Origin: Candidatus Sulfomarinibacteraceae bacterium
GTDB taxonomy: Bacteria; Acidobacteriota; Thermoanaerobaculia; Thermoanaerobaculales; Sulfomarinibacteraceae
Length of the DNA stretch: 64,000 bases
Assembly (NCBI GenBank): GCA_963796455.1
Contig: CAWCLO010000010.1
Coordinates: forward strand, 640,001-704,000
Reading direction: 5' to 3'
Shown: positions 9,481-19,773 of the stretch, piece after piece
Layout of the letters: every line of letters starts with the position of its first letter
Position numbering within the stretch: position 1 is the first letter of the stretch
Made by a program: the position numbers and the translations under genes
The notes under the pieces: generated by a model
Database searches by the model: none
Seen by the model: only the letters and a program-made list of their open reading frames with translations
What the model was told of the DNA's origin: nothing

Positions 9481-11070
9481 ATGACAAAGGAACGGATGTG
9501 GCTCGATGCCTTCGGCGCCGGTGCGGCGGCGGGTCTGGTTGCCGAGGCTCTGGTCCTGCGGATGAATCCGGAGGTCGCGCAGACTCTGCGTGGGGTTCTC
9601 ATCGGTATGCCGCTGTGGGCCTCATGGGGAATGCTCATGATTGGCGTGCCGCTGCTGCTGATCCTGGCCCTCATCGACCGCGTGCGACCCCGGGCCGATC
9701 GCTGGACCGCGCCCGAGCTCTTCACGATCGTGTTCTTGCTGGCCGCATCCTTGAGTGCGGCCAATGCAAAGCTCCACGCCTACCTCATGCCCGGTTCGGC
9801 CCATCGGGTTCTGGTACAGGACGCCGTTGCCTGGTCGGTTGCGGCGCTGCTCGCCCTGGGTACGGGAATGGTGGTCCGCCGTCTCGGGAGCCGGCGGGGT
9901 CTGCAGATCCTCTTTACCGTTCTGATGCTGGTTTTGCCTGTTGTCCGTCTGGTGTGGGCACCCACCCCCGAAAGACAGTTTCTCGAGGTGGCGGTTCGCC
10001 CCCTGGGCCCCGCCTCACGCCCTCTGTTGGTGATCGGGCTCGAGGGCCTCGATCCAAAGGTCCTGTTGGCCGACACCGTGGGGTCGAATCTTCCAAATTT
10101 CGCCCGGCTGCGGGAGGAGGGTGCGCGTACGGTTCTGCATCCCCACCGGCCCCATCTCCGGCTCGCCCTTTGGACCTCGGCGGCCACCGGTACCTACCCG
10201 GGCCGGCATGGAGTCAAGGCTCACCGCGCCTGGGACATCCCGCTGATCTTCGATCAAACTCTGCGCTTGTTGCCGTGGACTCCGGAAGGCTCACGGATGA
10301 TCCTCCCCTGGGCGCTGGCCGAGCAGGTGCCGCCTCCCCCGGCCACGGTGGCGCCGTTGTGGGCCCGGCTCGGTGCGTCGGGAGCCGAAACGGCGGTCTT
10401 CGGGTGGCCCGGATCATGGGGAGACGACAGCTCGCTGCGTTTTCAATCGGATCTCGATGCATCGACCGTGCTCGAGGCATCGATGAGCGCCTCGCTTGCG
10501 GCAGCCCTGGAGCCGCTGCCTGAGAGGCGATCCGAAATCTGGCAGTCCGTCGTCCATGACCAGGCCCGGGTTGACGCAGCACGAGCCGCGCTGGAAGCGG
10601 GTGCCGACAATGTCTGGGTCCACTTGCAGACCATGTCCCTGGCCCGCAGACACCACGAACCGACGCGATCTCGCCATACCCGCCAGCGGAGGCTGCTCGA
10701 GCTCGTGATGGAGTTGGTGGACGATCAGCTCGGGACCCTTCTCGATGCGGCGGACCCGGCGGCACTGGTGGCGGTAGTGTCGCCCTACGGGCTCGCCCCT
10801 CCGGGGCCGGTCGAACGGGTCAGAAGGCTGCTCGGTGGTGGCGGGACCTGGAACACGTCGGCCAGATCGAGCCCGGACGGCCTCTTCATTCTGCTTGGCG
10901 ACAGTGTCGATGACGGCCGCCGGGTGGCGGCCTCTGATGTGCCGGATGTCGCTCCGACCCTGTGTTATCTCCTGGGTCTGCCGGTCGCTCAATATATGGA
11001 GGGTGTGGTGGCGGTGGGAGTAGTGGAACCGGGATTTCTCGAAGATCACCCCCTCCGAGTTGTTGATTGA
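9481..11070 (+). CDS. Membrane protein with an alkaline-phosphatase-superfamily domain (degenerate active site)
   Basis: About 5 N-terminal TM helices, then VIGLEGLD...LPNFARL...WTSAATG...HG...DVAPTLCYLLG. Confidence 0.65.
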   Translation: MTKERMWLDAFGAGAAAGLVAEALVLRMNPEVAQTLRGVLIGMPLWASWGMLMIGVPLLLILALIDRVRPRADRWTAPELFTIVFLLAASLSAANAKLHAYLMPGSAHRVLVQDAVAWSVAALLALGTGMVVRRLGSRRGLQILFTVLMLVLPVVRLVWAPTPERQFLEVAVRPLGPASRPLLVIGLEGLDPKVLLADTVGSNLPNFARLREEGARTVLHPHRPHLRLALWTSAATGTYPGRHGVKAHRAWDIPLIFDQTLRLLPWTPEGSRMILPWALAEQVPPPPATVAPLWARLGASGAETAVFGWPGSWGDDSSLRFQSDLDASTVLEASMSASLAAALEPLPERRSEIWQSVVHDQARVDAARAALEAGADNVWVHLQTMSLARRHHEPTRSRHTRQRRLLELVMELVDDQLGTLLDAADPAALVAVVSPYGLAPPGPVERVRRLLGGGGTWNTSARSSPDGLFILLGDSVDDGRRVAASDVPDVAPTLCYLLGLPVAQYMEGVVAVGVVEPGFLEDHPLRVVD

Positions 11071-11108
11071 CCAATTGTCCGTGCCCGGAGATTCACGCTA
11101 AGCTGATC

Positions 11109-11840
11109 ATGATGAAGAAACTTTCGGTAGTCATTCCGGTTTTTAACGAGGAGGCGACGGTCACCGTCCTCCTGGCGAAGGTCGTCGAGGCACCGCTCAT
11201 CGCGGCGATTCGTGAGCTCGAGTTGGTCATCGTCGATGATTGTTCGTCCGACGGGACCTGGGCGGTTGTCGAGCAATGGCAAGCGACGCCGCGCGAAGAC
11301 GGACGCACGGTCGAGGTCAGCCGCCACCGACACGAAGAGAACCGCGGCAAAGGGGCAGCGCTCCGGACCGGTTTCGGTGCTGCAACCGGCGATGTTTTCC
11401 TGATCCAGGATGCGGATCTCGAATACGACCCGGGCGACTATCCGACGCTGTTGCAACCGATCGGCGACGGCCAGGCGGAGGTCGTCTACGGTTCTCGTTT
11501 TCTCGGTGGGCCGCACCGGGTGCTCTTTTTCTGGCATGCTGTCGGCAACAATTTTCTGACCCTGCTCTCGAACATGTTTTCCGACCTCAACCTGACGGAC
11601 ATGGAAACCTGTTACAAGGTTTTCACCCGCGATGTTTTCGATCAGATCACGCTCGAGTCTGACCGTTTTGGTTTCGAGCCCGAATTTACGGCCAAGGTGG
11701 CGCGGCTCGGAGTCAGGATCTACGAGGTGCCGATTTCTTATCACGGGCGAACCTATGCCGAAGGCAAGAAGATCGGCTGGAAAGATGGGGTGGCGGCGAT
11801 CTGGTCGATCTTCCGTTTCAACCTCTGGTCTCGAAGCTGA
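11109..11840 (+). CDS. Glycosyltransferase family 2 (DPM/DPG-synthase-like)
   Basis: SVVIPVFNEE, VDDCSSDGT, NRGKGAA, QDADLEYDP, TDMETCYK. Confidence 0.9.
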   Translation: MMKKLSVVIPVFNEEATVTVLLAKVVEAPLIAAIRELELVIVDDCSSDGTWAVVEQWQATPREDGRTVEVSRHRHEENRGKGAALRTGFGAATGDVFLIQDADLEYDPGDYPTLLQPIGDGQAEVVYGSRFLGGPHRVLFFWHAVGNNFLTLLSNMFSDLNLTDMETCYKVFTRDVFDQITLESDRFGFEPEFTAKVARLGVRIYEVPISYHGRTYAEGKKIGWKDGVAAIWSIFRFNLWSRS

Positions 11841-11966
11841 GAAACGACCTTCGAAAAAACCACGATTCGGCCTTTCGTTTCCGGCGACTTTTGACTATTG
11901 TGTGCGGTGTTTCGAGTCTGTTGTCGGAGACACGGGCCCGAGAACTTGAAATCGAGGAGAAGATCA

Positions 11967-13151
11967 ATGGCAAAACGGTCGGTAGTGGTGATGCCTGGAG
12001 ACGGAATCGGAAAAACGGTGCTGCCGGAAGCGCTGCGGGTTCTCGAAGCCGCGGGATTCGAGGCTGATTGGATCGAGGCGGGTATCGGTTGGGAGCACTG
12101 GGTAGAAGAGGGAAACCCCCTGCCCGAAAAGACCATCGATCTGATCGCCGAACACAAAGTGGCCCTCTTCGGGGCCATCACATCCAAACCCAAGGACAAA
12201 GCAGCAGCCGAAATCAAACCGGAACTGCGTGACAAGGGATTCGTCTATTACTCGCCGATTGTCGGTCTGAGACAGCGTTTCGATCTGGATGTGTCCATCA
12301 GGCCCTGCATCACCTTTCCGGGTAACCCCCTCAACTTTATCCGCCGGGCAGCTGACGGCGGTGCCGATGAACCCAAGGTCAATGCGGTGATCTTCCGACA
12401 GAACACCGAAGGTCTTTATGGCGGCGTCGAGTGGACCAACCCGCCGGAGCAGGTCTGGAACGCCCTCAACACCCATCCGAGGTTCGCCGCCTTCCGCGAT
12501 GTGCCGCGTGAGGATCTGGCCGTTTCCACCCGCATCTTCACCCGTGCCAAGTGCCGCCGGATCTGCGAGCAGGCCTTTGCCTACGCCGCAAACCACGGAT
12601 ACTCCAGCGTCACCGTCTGTGAAAAACCGAATGTCATCCGCGAGACCTCGGGGATGATGCTCGACGAGGCACGGCGAGTGCATCAGAACTATCCCCAGAT
12701 TCAGCTCTGGGACACCAATATCGACGCTCAGATGATGTGGTTGACGAAGAATCCTGAAGATTATGGAGTGATCGTCGCGGGCAACATGTTCGGCGACATC
12801 ATTTCGGATGGATTTGCCGGTCTGGTCGGGGGGCTCGGGTTTGCGGCTTCGGCCAACATCGGTCGTGAAGTCGGTGTCTTCGAACCGACCCACGGTTCGG
12901 CGCCGAAATACGCCGAGCTCGACCCATCCATCGTCAATCCGATCGCCATGATCCTGTCTGCGGTGATGATGCTCGACTGGCTCGGCGAAACCGAGATCGC
13001 GGCCAAGGTTCGCGCTGCGGTGGCCGATGTGGTGGTTGCGGGCAATGTGCGTTCCTATGACATGCTCAAGTTGCGCGGAAGCGCGCAGGCGATCAACGAC
13101 GGCGCCGCGACAACCGCTCAGATGACCGACGCGATCATTGCCGCGTTATAA
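11967..13151 (+). CDS. Isocitrate/isopropylmalate (beta-decarboxylating) dehydrogenase family protein
   Basis: PGDGIG, RQNTEGLY, KPNV, NMFGDIISD, FEPTHGSAPKYA, NPIAMILS. Confidence 0.88.
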   Translation: MAKRSVVVMPGDGIGKTVLPEALRVLEAAGFEADWIEAGIGWEHWVEEGNPLPEKTIDLIAEHKVALFGAITSKPKDKAAAEIKPELRDKGFVYYSPIVGLRQRFDLDVSIRPCITFPGNPLNFIRRAADGGADEPKVNAVIFRQNTEGLYGGVEWTNPPEQVWNALNTHPRFAAFRDVPREDLAVSTRIFTRAKCRRICEQAFAYAANHGYSSVTVCEKPNVIRETSGMMLDEARRVHQNYPQIQLWDTNIDAQMMWLTKNPEDYGVIVAGNMFGDIISDGFAGLVGGLGFAASANIGREVGVFEPTHGSAPKYAELDPSIVNPIAMILSAVMMLDWLGETEIAAKVRAAVADVVVAGNVRSYDMLKLRGSAQAINDGAATTAQMTDAIIAAL

Positions 13152-13193
13152 GATTGGGTTTTCGCTCACAGCGCGGAAAACGAGGAGGTGACG

Positions 13194-14399
13194 ATGCCAG
13201 AGCGTGAGATCACGGCGGCATCTGCCGGTCCCACCGGCGATGGCGTTCGGTCCGACCTCAGCGTGGCCTTCGAAACGGGGGCCGACGGGCTCACCCTCGA
13301 GTTGAGCTCGAAGGTGGACTATCTCTATGGCGACGCCATCGAGGCGGCTGTGCGACGGGTGCTCGAAGCCTTTGGAGTCTCATCTGGAAAACTGACGGTC
13401 ATTGATGCGGGCGCTCTCGAGTGGGTGGTTCTCGCCCGGACCGAGACCTGTCTGCGCCGGGCTGGTTTCGACGGTCCCCCGGTGCTTCCCGAATCAGCTC
13501 CGGGTGCCGACACCCCGTGTCGGCGACAACGTCCCCGCCGGAGCCGCCTCTACATCCCCGGCAACCAGCCAAAGTTGATGATCTCCGGCGGGCTCTACGG
13601 TGCTGACGGCATCATTCTCGATCTCGAGGACTCGGTGCCGCCGGCTGAAAAAGACGCCGCCAGGATCCTCGTTCGAAACGCCCTGGTGGCACTCGACTGG
13701 GGTGTGTCGGAGCGGATGGTGCGGGTCAACCAGGGAGTTCCCGGTGAGGAGGATCTGACGGCGATCGCCGTTCACAACCCCCACGTCGTGCTGCAGCCAA
13801 AGGTGGAGGATCCTGCTGCCGTCAGTGGTGCCGCGGAAATTCTCGGCAATCTCGCGGGGCGGGAAGCAGCCATGTTGATGCCGATCCTCGAATCTCCGGC
13901 CGGGATCCACCGGGCCTGGGAAATTGCTCGCGCGGACGCGTCGGTTGTCGCACTCACACTCGGTCTCGAGGATCTCTCGGCGGAGCTCGGTGCTCCCCGA
14001 ACGGATGCGGGGTGGGAGAGCTTTCTGGCCCGACAGACGGTCGTCCTGGCGGCTCGCGGTGCCGGGATCCAGCCGATCGCGTCGGTCTATTCCGATATCG
14101 AAGACGAAGAGGGTCTCGCAGCCTACGTTCGCAGGGAACGAGGACTCGGCTTCGATGGCATCGGTTGTATTCACCCCCGTCAGATCCCGGTGGTGCATCG
14201 TGAAATGACGCCATCCGAGGCGGAGGTGGAGCGCGCGGTGCGGGTTGTACGGGCTGCCCGTGAGGCCGAGGAACGGGGCCTTGGTGCGGTGGCCCTCGGG
14301 TCGAAGATGGTCGATCCGCCGGTGGTTCTGCAGGCCCACAAGACAGTGCAGTTGGCCATCGCCGGAGGGGTGCTGGGTGAGGATTGGGACGCTTCTTGA
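13194..14399 (+). CDS. citE: Fused citrate-lyase acyl-carrier-like domain (CitD) and citryl-CoA lyase (CitE)
   Basis: First ~90 aa resemble CitD (YGDAI...DAGALEWVVLARTE); the rest has RRSRLYIPGN, ILDLEDSV, ILES, GLEDL, CIHPRQ, MVDPPV. Confidence 0.85.
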   Translation: MPEREITAASAGPTGDGVRSDLSVAFETGADGLTLELSSKVDYLYGDAIEAAVRRVLEAFGVSSGKLTVIDAGALEWVVLARTETCLRRAGFDGPPVLPESAPGADTPCRRQRPRRSRLYIPGNQPKLMISGGLYGADGIILDLEDSVPPAEKDAARILVRNALVALDWGVSERMVRVNQGVPGEEDLTAIAVHNPHVVLQPKVEDPAAVSGAAEILGNLAGREAAMLMPILESPAGIHRAWEIARADASVVALTLGLEDLSAELGAPRTDAGWESFLARQTVVLAARGAGIQPIASVYSDIEDEEGLAAYVRRERGLGFDGIGCIHPRQIPVVHREMTPSEAEVERAVRVVRAAREAEERGLGAVALGSKMVDPPVVLQAHKTVQLAIAGGVLGEDWDAS

Positions 14400-14427
14400 G
14401 AATTAGGAATTAAGAATTTGGAATTCC
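14400..14427. repeat. Heptamer tandem repeat GAATTNN x4
   Basis: GAATTAG GAATTAA GAATTTG GAATTCC directly after the stop codon. Confidence 0.75.
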
Positions 14428-14476
14428 CACCCTCCCGCCCAATGACCGGCGGGAAGTTGGTCAGTGGAGCTGAAAA

Positions 14477-16030
14477 ATGGACGAAAGCTTCGAAAAGAAT
14501 GCAGCGGGGCGCATGGTTCCGACCAACGTCAATGGCCGAGAGAGCGTGCCGTTCCAGGGTGTCGGGAAACATCGGCCGGACGGCCGCAAGCAGGCGCCGA
14601 GGATTGCCAGTTGCGTTGATTTTCCAGCTGACGGCGACAAACGGGTCGCCTCTCTGCGCGAGGCCTTCGAAACGGTCGGCCTCAAAGACGGAATGGTGGT
14701 CTCGACGCACCACCACCTGCGCAACGGAGATGCGGTGGGCAACCTCATCTTCGACACGGCAGCCGCCATGGGCATCAAGGATCTCATGTGGTTTCCCTCG
14801 GCTTCCTTTCCGGTCCACGCGAATCAGATTCCACACCTCGAAAACGGCGTCATCCACCACATCGAAGGCTCGATGAATGGCGCCCTCGGCGCCTATTGTT
14901 CCGAGGGCAAGATGCGCGGTCTCGGTGTCCTCCGTTCGCATGGGGGGCGTTGGCAGGCAATTCAGGATGGCGAAGTCCACATTGACGTGGCGGTGATCGC
15001 CGCCCCGACGGCCGACATGTTCGGCAACGCCAATGGAGTCGATGGTCCGGCAGCCTGCGGTTTGCTTGGTTTTGCGCTCGCTGACTCCGCCTACGCCGAG
15101 AAGGTCATCGTGGTCACCGACAATCTTGTCCCTTTCCCGTGCCTCCCGTGGCAGATTCAGGGCAACAACGTCGATGTGGTGGTGGAGGTGGATTCCATCG
15201 GTGATCCTTCCAAGATCGTCTCCGGCACCACCCGGGTGACCCAAAGCCCGGATCGGCGCCGCATCGCCGAACTCGCGGCCCGGTTTTGCGCCGAGGCCGG
15301 CATCATGCGCGACGGCTTTTCCTTCCAGGCCGGAGCGGGAGGCATCACGCTCGCCTTTGCGCTCTACCTGGCCGAACTCATGCGCGAAGCAGGCGTGACG
15401 GCTCGTTTTGCCCGGGGTGGTTCCAATCAGTACATGGTCGAGATGCTCGATGAGGGCCTCATCGGTTGTATCCTCGATGGCCAGACCTTCGATCTTGATG
15501 GCGTGCGGTCGATGCGGACAAATCCGCTCCACCAGAACACCTCGCCATTTACCTCCTACAACTTCCACGGCAAGGGCAACTTCGCATCCATGGTGGACGT
15601 GGCGGTTCTGGGTGCGACCGAGGTCGATCTCGCATTCAACGGAAATGTGGCGACCCACTCAGACGGTCGTCTCCTGCACGGCCTCGGCGGCTGGCAGAAT
15701 TGCCTCGCCGCCCGATGTGCCATGCTGCTGGTGCCCTCGTTCAGGGATCGCATCCCGGTCATCGTGGACGAGGTGACAACCGTCTGTGGCCCCGGAGAGT
15801 TGATCGACGTGGTGGTCACCGAACGGGGAATCGCGGTGAATCCGCAGCGCAGAGACCTGCTCGATGCGGTGGCGGGCTCCGATCTGCCGATCCGTCCGAT
15901 CGAGGACCTCAAGGCCGAACTCGACCGGATCTGCGGGGTGCCCCAAAAACCCGAACGATCGGACGAAGCGGTGGCGGTGATCAAGTGGGTTGACGGCACC
16001 GTGATCGACACCGTCTGGCGAGTCGGCTGA
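14477..16030 (+). CDS. citF: Citrate lyase alpha subunit / citrate CoA-transferase
   Basis: GLKDGMVVSTHHHLRNGD, LRSHGGR, GFSFQAGAGG, LGATEVD, VVVTERGIAVNP, DGTVID. Confidence 0.9.
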   Translation: MDESFEKNAAGRMVPTNVNGRESVPFQGVGKHRPDGRKQAPRIASCVDFPADGDKRVASLREAFETVGLKDGMVVSTHHHLRNGDAVGNLIFDTAAAMGIKDLMWFPSASFPVHANQIPHLENGVIHHIEGSMNGALGAYCSEGKMRGLGVLRSHGGRWQAIQDGEVHIDVAVIAAPTADMFGNANGVDGPAACGLLGFALADSAYAEKVIVVTDNLVPFPCLPWQIQGNNVDVVVEVDSIGDPSKIVSGTTRVTQSPDRRRIAELAARFCAEAGIMRDGFSFQAGAGGITLAFALYLAELMREAGVTARFARGGSNQYMVEMLDEGLIGCILDGQTFDLDGVRSMRTNPLHQNTSPFTSYNFHGKGNFASMVDVAVLGATEVDLAFNGNVATHSDGRLLHGLGGWQNCLAARCAMLLVPSFRDRIPVIVDEVTTVCGPGELIDVVVTERGIAVNPQRRDLLDAVAGSDLPIRPIEDLKAELDRICGVPQKPERSDEAVAVIKWVDGTVIDTVWRVG

Positions 16031-16037
16031 TCAAAAA

Positions 16038-16147
16038 ATTTGGGATTTGGGATTTGGGATTTCGAATGTTCGTCCACCGGGCAGGAACCGGAAGCCATCA
16101 AAAGTGAACAAATTCGAAATTCGAAATTCGAATTCCGAAATCTGAAA
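16038..16147. repeat. Inverted heptamer arrays ATTTGGG/ATTTCGA ... TCGAAAT
   Basis: ATTTGGG x3 plus ATTTCGA (16038-16065); CAAATTCGAAATTCGAAATTCGAATTCCGAAATCTGAAA (16109-16147). Confidence 0.85.
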
Positions 16148-16150
16148 CCC

Positions 16151-16179
16151 TTGTCAATCAGGCAACTTGGGTGTAACAT
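16151..16179 (+). promoter_or_regulatory. Putative sigma-70 promoter of rpmE
   Basis: TTGTCA-N17-TAACAT. Confidence 0.5.
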
Positions 16180-16219
16180 CTTGCGTCCTTGGTCCAAAAG
16201 GATCAACTGGAGGTGTGAA

Positions 16220-16432
16220 ATGAAAAACGAAGTGCATCCCGAGTACCACGAGATCGAGGTTCGTTGCGCCTGCGGCAACACCTTCAAGACCCGGTCCACA
16301 AAGACGGAAATGCGGCTCGAGATCTGCAATGCATGTCATCCGTTTTATACCGGCAAACAGAAGCTGGTCGATACGGCCGGAATGGTCGAAAAATTCGAAC
16401 GTCGCTACGGCAAGTCTGCCACCGCCAAGTAG
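16220..16432 (+). CDS. rpmE: 50S ribosomal protein L31 (zinc-binding type)
   Basis: [26 protein letters not shown]. Confidence 0.97.
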   Translation: MKNEVHPEYHEIEVRCACGNTFKTRSTKTEMRLEICNACHPFYTGKQKLVDTAGMVEKFERRYGKSATAK

Positions 16433-16465
16433 CGATCGCCGGCCGCCTCCAGGCGGTCATGTATG

Positions 16466-16503
16466 CCCGCGTGAGCTGATGAGGTCACGCGGGTTTTCTT
16501 TTT
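16466..16503 (+). terminator. Intrinsic terminator after rpmE
   Basis: CCCGCGTGA...TCACGCGGG stem followed by TTTTCTTTTT. Confidence 0.7.
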
Positions 16504-16554
16504 CCTGAATCGGCCGGTTGGCGGTAGGATCTCAAGAGGACGGAGATACAACCG

Positions 16555-17625
16555 ATGCTTGAACGTCTGGAAGAAATCGCCAAACGGCACGCGGATTTGC
16601 TCGAAGAGCAGGCAGATCCCGAGGTTGCCGTGGATCGGCACCGCTCCCGGGTGGTGGCGCAGAAGGCGGCCGAGCTCGAACCGATCGTGATGGCCTACCG
16701 TGAATACAGCGCCGCCGCCGCCGAGCTCGAAGGAGCCCAGGAGATCCTGCAGGAGTCCGGGGACGCCGAGATGAAGGAGATGGCGGAGGCGGAGGCTGCC
16801 GAGCTGTCGTCGCGACTGGCAGGTATTGAAGATCGTCTCAAGGTGCTGTTGTTGCCGGCCGATCCGAACGACCGCCGCAATGTGATTCTGGAGATCCGGG
16901 CTGGGACCGGCGGTGAGGAGGCCGCGCTCTTTGCGGGCGAGCTTCTTCGGATGTACGGTCGCTATGCCGAGTCCCGGCGCTGGAAGCTCTCGCTCACCGA
17001 TTCTTCCGACACCGGCCTTGGCGGCATCAAGGAGGCGGTTGCGGTGATCGAGGGCGACGGCGCCTATTCCCGCCTCAAATTCGAAAGCGGTGTCCACCGA
17101 GTCCAGCGGGTGCCCGCGACCGAGGCCTCGGGCCGTATCCATACCTCGGCCGCGACAGTGGCGGTCATGGCGGAGGCCGACGAGGTCGAGGTGAGTCTTG
17201 AAGAAAAGGACCTCCGCATCGATCGATTCTGTTCCTCGGGCCCCGGCGGCCAGAGCGTCAACACCACTTACTCGGCCGTCCGCATCACCCATCTCCCGAC
17301 CGGGCTCGTCGTCTCGTGTCAGGATGAAAAGTCGCAGATTCAGAACAAGGCCAAAGCACTGAGGGTGCTCAAAGCGCGCCTCAAGGAGATCGAGGAGCGC
17401 GAACGTGACGCCGAGCGCGCCGCGGATCGTCGTTCCAAGATCGGCTCCGGAGATCGTTCGGAAAAGATCCGCACCTACAATTTCCCGCAGGGCCGCGTGA
17501 CCGATCACCGGATCGGACTCACCGTGCACCGCCTGAACGAAATTCTGGAGGGAGACGTGGACCTGCTCCTCGAACCGCTGATCGATGAGTTTCAGGCGCA
17601 GCGGTTGAAGGAAGAGTTGGGGTGA
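16555..17625 (+). CDS. prfA: Peptide chain release factor 1
   Basis: [20 protein letters not shown] (PxT), [24 protein letters not shown]. Confidence 0.97.
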   Translation: MLERLEEIAKRHADLLEEQADPEVAVDRHRSRVVAQKAAELEPIVMAYREYSAAAAELEGAQEILQESGDAEMKEMAEAEAAELSSRLAGIEDRLKVLLLPADPNDRRNVILEIRAGTGGEEAALFAGELLRMYGRYAESRRWKLSLTDSSDTGLGGIKEAVAVIEGDGAYSRLKFESGVHRVQRVPATEASGRIHTSAATVAVMAEADEVEVSLEEKDLRIDRFCSSGPGGQSVNTTYSAVRITHLPTGLVVSCQDEKSQIQNKAKALRVLKARLKEIEERERDAERAADRRSKIGSGDRSEKIRTYNFPQGRVTDHRIGLTVHRLNEILEGDVDLLLEPLIDEFQAQRLKEELG

Positions 17626-17632
17626 TCGCACA

Positions 17633-17746
<114 letters not shown>

Positions 17747-17758
17747 GGGAGATCCATC

Positions 17759-18592
17759 GTGACTACGGACGAGGCTCTGCATCTCGCAACGGCAGAGCTA
17801 CCGCGCCGGCCTGGGCTTCCTGATCCGCGGCGGGAGGGCTTGTGGCTCCTGGCGGCCGCGTGGGGGGTGGATGAAGTCACTCTCCGTTTGCATCCCGAAC
17901 GCGAGGTGCCCGAAACTGTCGAAGAGCGTTACCAGGATTGGCTCATTCGGAGGGCGGCCGGTGAGCCCGCCCATCATCTGACCGGTGTGTGTTCCTTCTG
18001 GGGACGGGACTTCGAGGTCTGCGCCGACGTTCTGGTGCCGCGGCCCGAGACCGAGCTCGTCATCGAGGTGTTGCTCGGCCTCCCGCTGACCGCTGAGGCG
18101 CGGGTGCTCGATGTCGGCACCGGATCGGGTTGCATCGCGGCGACTCTTGCCGCCGAGCGTCCGCGGTGGCGCGTCGCGGCGGTTGATCGTTCCCCGGCGG
18201 CAGTTGCTGTCGCGCGCCGCAACATCCGCCGCCACGATGTTGATGTGCATCTGTGGCTCGGCGATCTCAGTTCGGCGGTGGCCCCCGGAATCGACGCAGT
18301 GGTCGCCAATCTCCCCTACATTCCCAGCGAGGGAATCGATCGGCTGAGCCCGGAAGTCCGGCACGATCCACGATCCGCCCTCGATGGCGGGCCGGACGGG
18401 CTCGATCTCGTTCGCCGTCTCCTGGCCGAGTTGCCGCGTCTGTTACGGCCATGTGGGGGCGCGGTGTTCGAGATCGGAGAGGATCAGGCCGGCTCGGTTG
18501 CCGAGCTCGCCGGAGAGCGTGGCCTCGCGGTCGCCCGCAGGGTGCGCGATATCGGCGGCTGCGAACGGGTCATCGTGTTGCAGACCCGTTGA
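17759..18592 (+). CDS. prmC: Release factor glutamine methyltransferase
   Basis: RRAAGEP, VLVPRPETE, LDVGTGSGCIA, ANLPYI, ALDGGPDGL; follows prfA. Confidence 0.93.
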   Translation: MTTDEALHLATAELPRRPGLPDPRREGLWLLAAAWGVDEVTLRLHPEREVPETVEERYQDWLIRRAAGEPAHHLTGVCSFWGRDFEVCADVLVPRPETELVIEVLLGLPLTAEARVLDVGTGSGCIAATLAAERPRWRVAAVDRSPAAVAVARRNIRRHDVDVHLWLGDLSSAVAPGIDAVVANLPYIPSEGIDRLSPEVRHDPRSALDGGPDGLDLVRRLLAELPRLLRPCGGAVFEIGEDQAGSVAELAGERGLAVARRVRDIGGCERVIVLQTR

Positions 18593-18725
18593 CCTGAGAC
18601 AGCGGATCGATTGATGTCGGCCGGTCCTCGACGGCGGCTGTTGGCGGCGGGTGGTCCGTGTTGACAGTCGACGGCTCGCGCCGCACAATGCCCCTCTCCC
18701 TGCTGAGTGCGGGTTGGAGGCAAGC

Positions 18726-19733
18726 ATGGTGGAGAAGAACCGGATCGAACTCGACGGCGAACACCGGCGAATCGCAGTAATCGCCTTTGGTGGAAACGCC
18801 CTCTTGCGCCCCCAGGACCATGGGACCCAGGAAGAACAGTTCACGCTGAGCTGGAAGGCGACCCGTTGGCTGGTGGAGATCATCCACCGCGGTTATGAAC
18901 TCGCCATCGTTCACGGCAACGGTCCCCAGGTCGGCAACATCATGATCCAGGTCGAGGAGGCGATCACCAAGATCCCGCCGCAATCACTCGATGTCGCGGT
19001 GGCTCAGACCCAGGGTTCGATGGGTTATATGTTGGCCAACCAGCTCCGCAACCGCTTCAACGAAGAGCAGCTCGACAAAGAGATCGCTGCGGTTCTCACC
19101 GAGGTCGTCGTCGACCGTGAGGATCCGGCCTTCGACAACCCGACCAAACCGGTGGGGCCTTTTTTCACCGCCTACCGAGCCAATCTTTTGATGCAGGAGC
19201 ACGGGTGGCAGATGGTTGAGGACACGGGTCGCGGCTGGCGCAAGGTGGTGCCGTCCCCCATGCCACAGACGATCGTTGGTTGCCACCTGCTCAAGCGTCT
19301 GCTCGAGGGGGGCGCCGTGGTGGTTGCGGGCGGTGGTGGCGGTGTCCCCGTCTACCGTGATGTGGGCGGCTATTACCGCGGCGTCGAGGCGGTGATCGAC
19401 AAGGACTACGTCGCGTCGATCTTTGCCCGTGAGGTGGAGGCCGATCTCTTCATCGTGTTGACCCAGGTGCCGATGGTGGCTGAAAATTTCGGCCGGCCCA
19501 ACCAGCGCTGGATCCGCAAGCTGCCGGTGGCCCGGGCGCGGCAGATGATGACGGCGAACCAGTTTCCACCGGGATCGATGGGGCCAAAGATCCAATCGGC
19601 GATCGACTTTGTTGAAGCTACCGGGAAGCAGGTTCTGATCACCGACGAAGACAGTCTCAAGCGGGCTCTCGAGGGTGACGCGGGGACCTTTCTCGTTGCC
19701 GACGGGGAGATCGAGTACGCGACGATCGAGTGA
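18726..19733 (+). CDS. arcC: Carbamate kinase
   Basis: AFGGNAL, HGNGPQVG, NPTKPVGPF, GVEAVIDKD, GSMGPKI. Confidence 0.93.
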   Translation: MVEKNRIELDGEHRRIAVIAFGGNALLRPQDHGTQEEQFTLSWKATRWLVEIIHRGYELAIVHGNGPQVGNIMIQVEEAITKIPPQSLDVAVAQTQGSMGYMLANQLRNRFNEEQLDKEIAAVLTEVVVDREDPAFDNPTKPVGPFFTAYRANLLMQEHGWQMVEDTGRGWRKVVPSPMPQTIVGCHLLKRLLEGGAVVVAGGGGGVPVYRDVGGYYRGVEAVIDKDYVASIFAREVEADLFIVLTQVPMVAENFGRPNQRWIRKLPVARARQMMTANQFPPGSMGPKIQSAIDFVEATGKQVLITDEDSLKRALEGDAGTFLVADGEIEYATIE

Positions 19734-19773
19734 TCGAACGCCTCACCGATTGCGGCGGGTTACACTTGGCCTC

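Noticed and set aside
16466..16510. CTGATGAG (hammerhead ribozyme core) after rpmE
   Set aside because: No stem II followed by GAAA downstream. The motif sits in the loop of a stem followed by a U tract, which fits a terminator.
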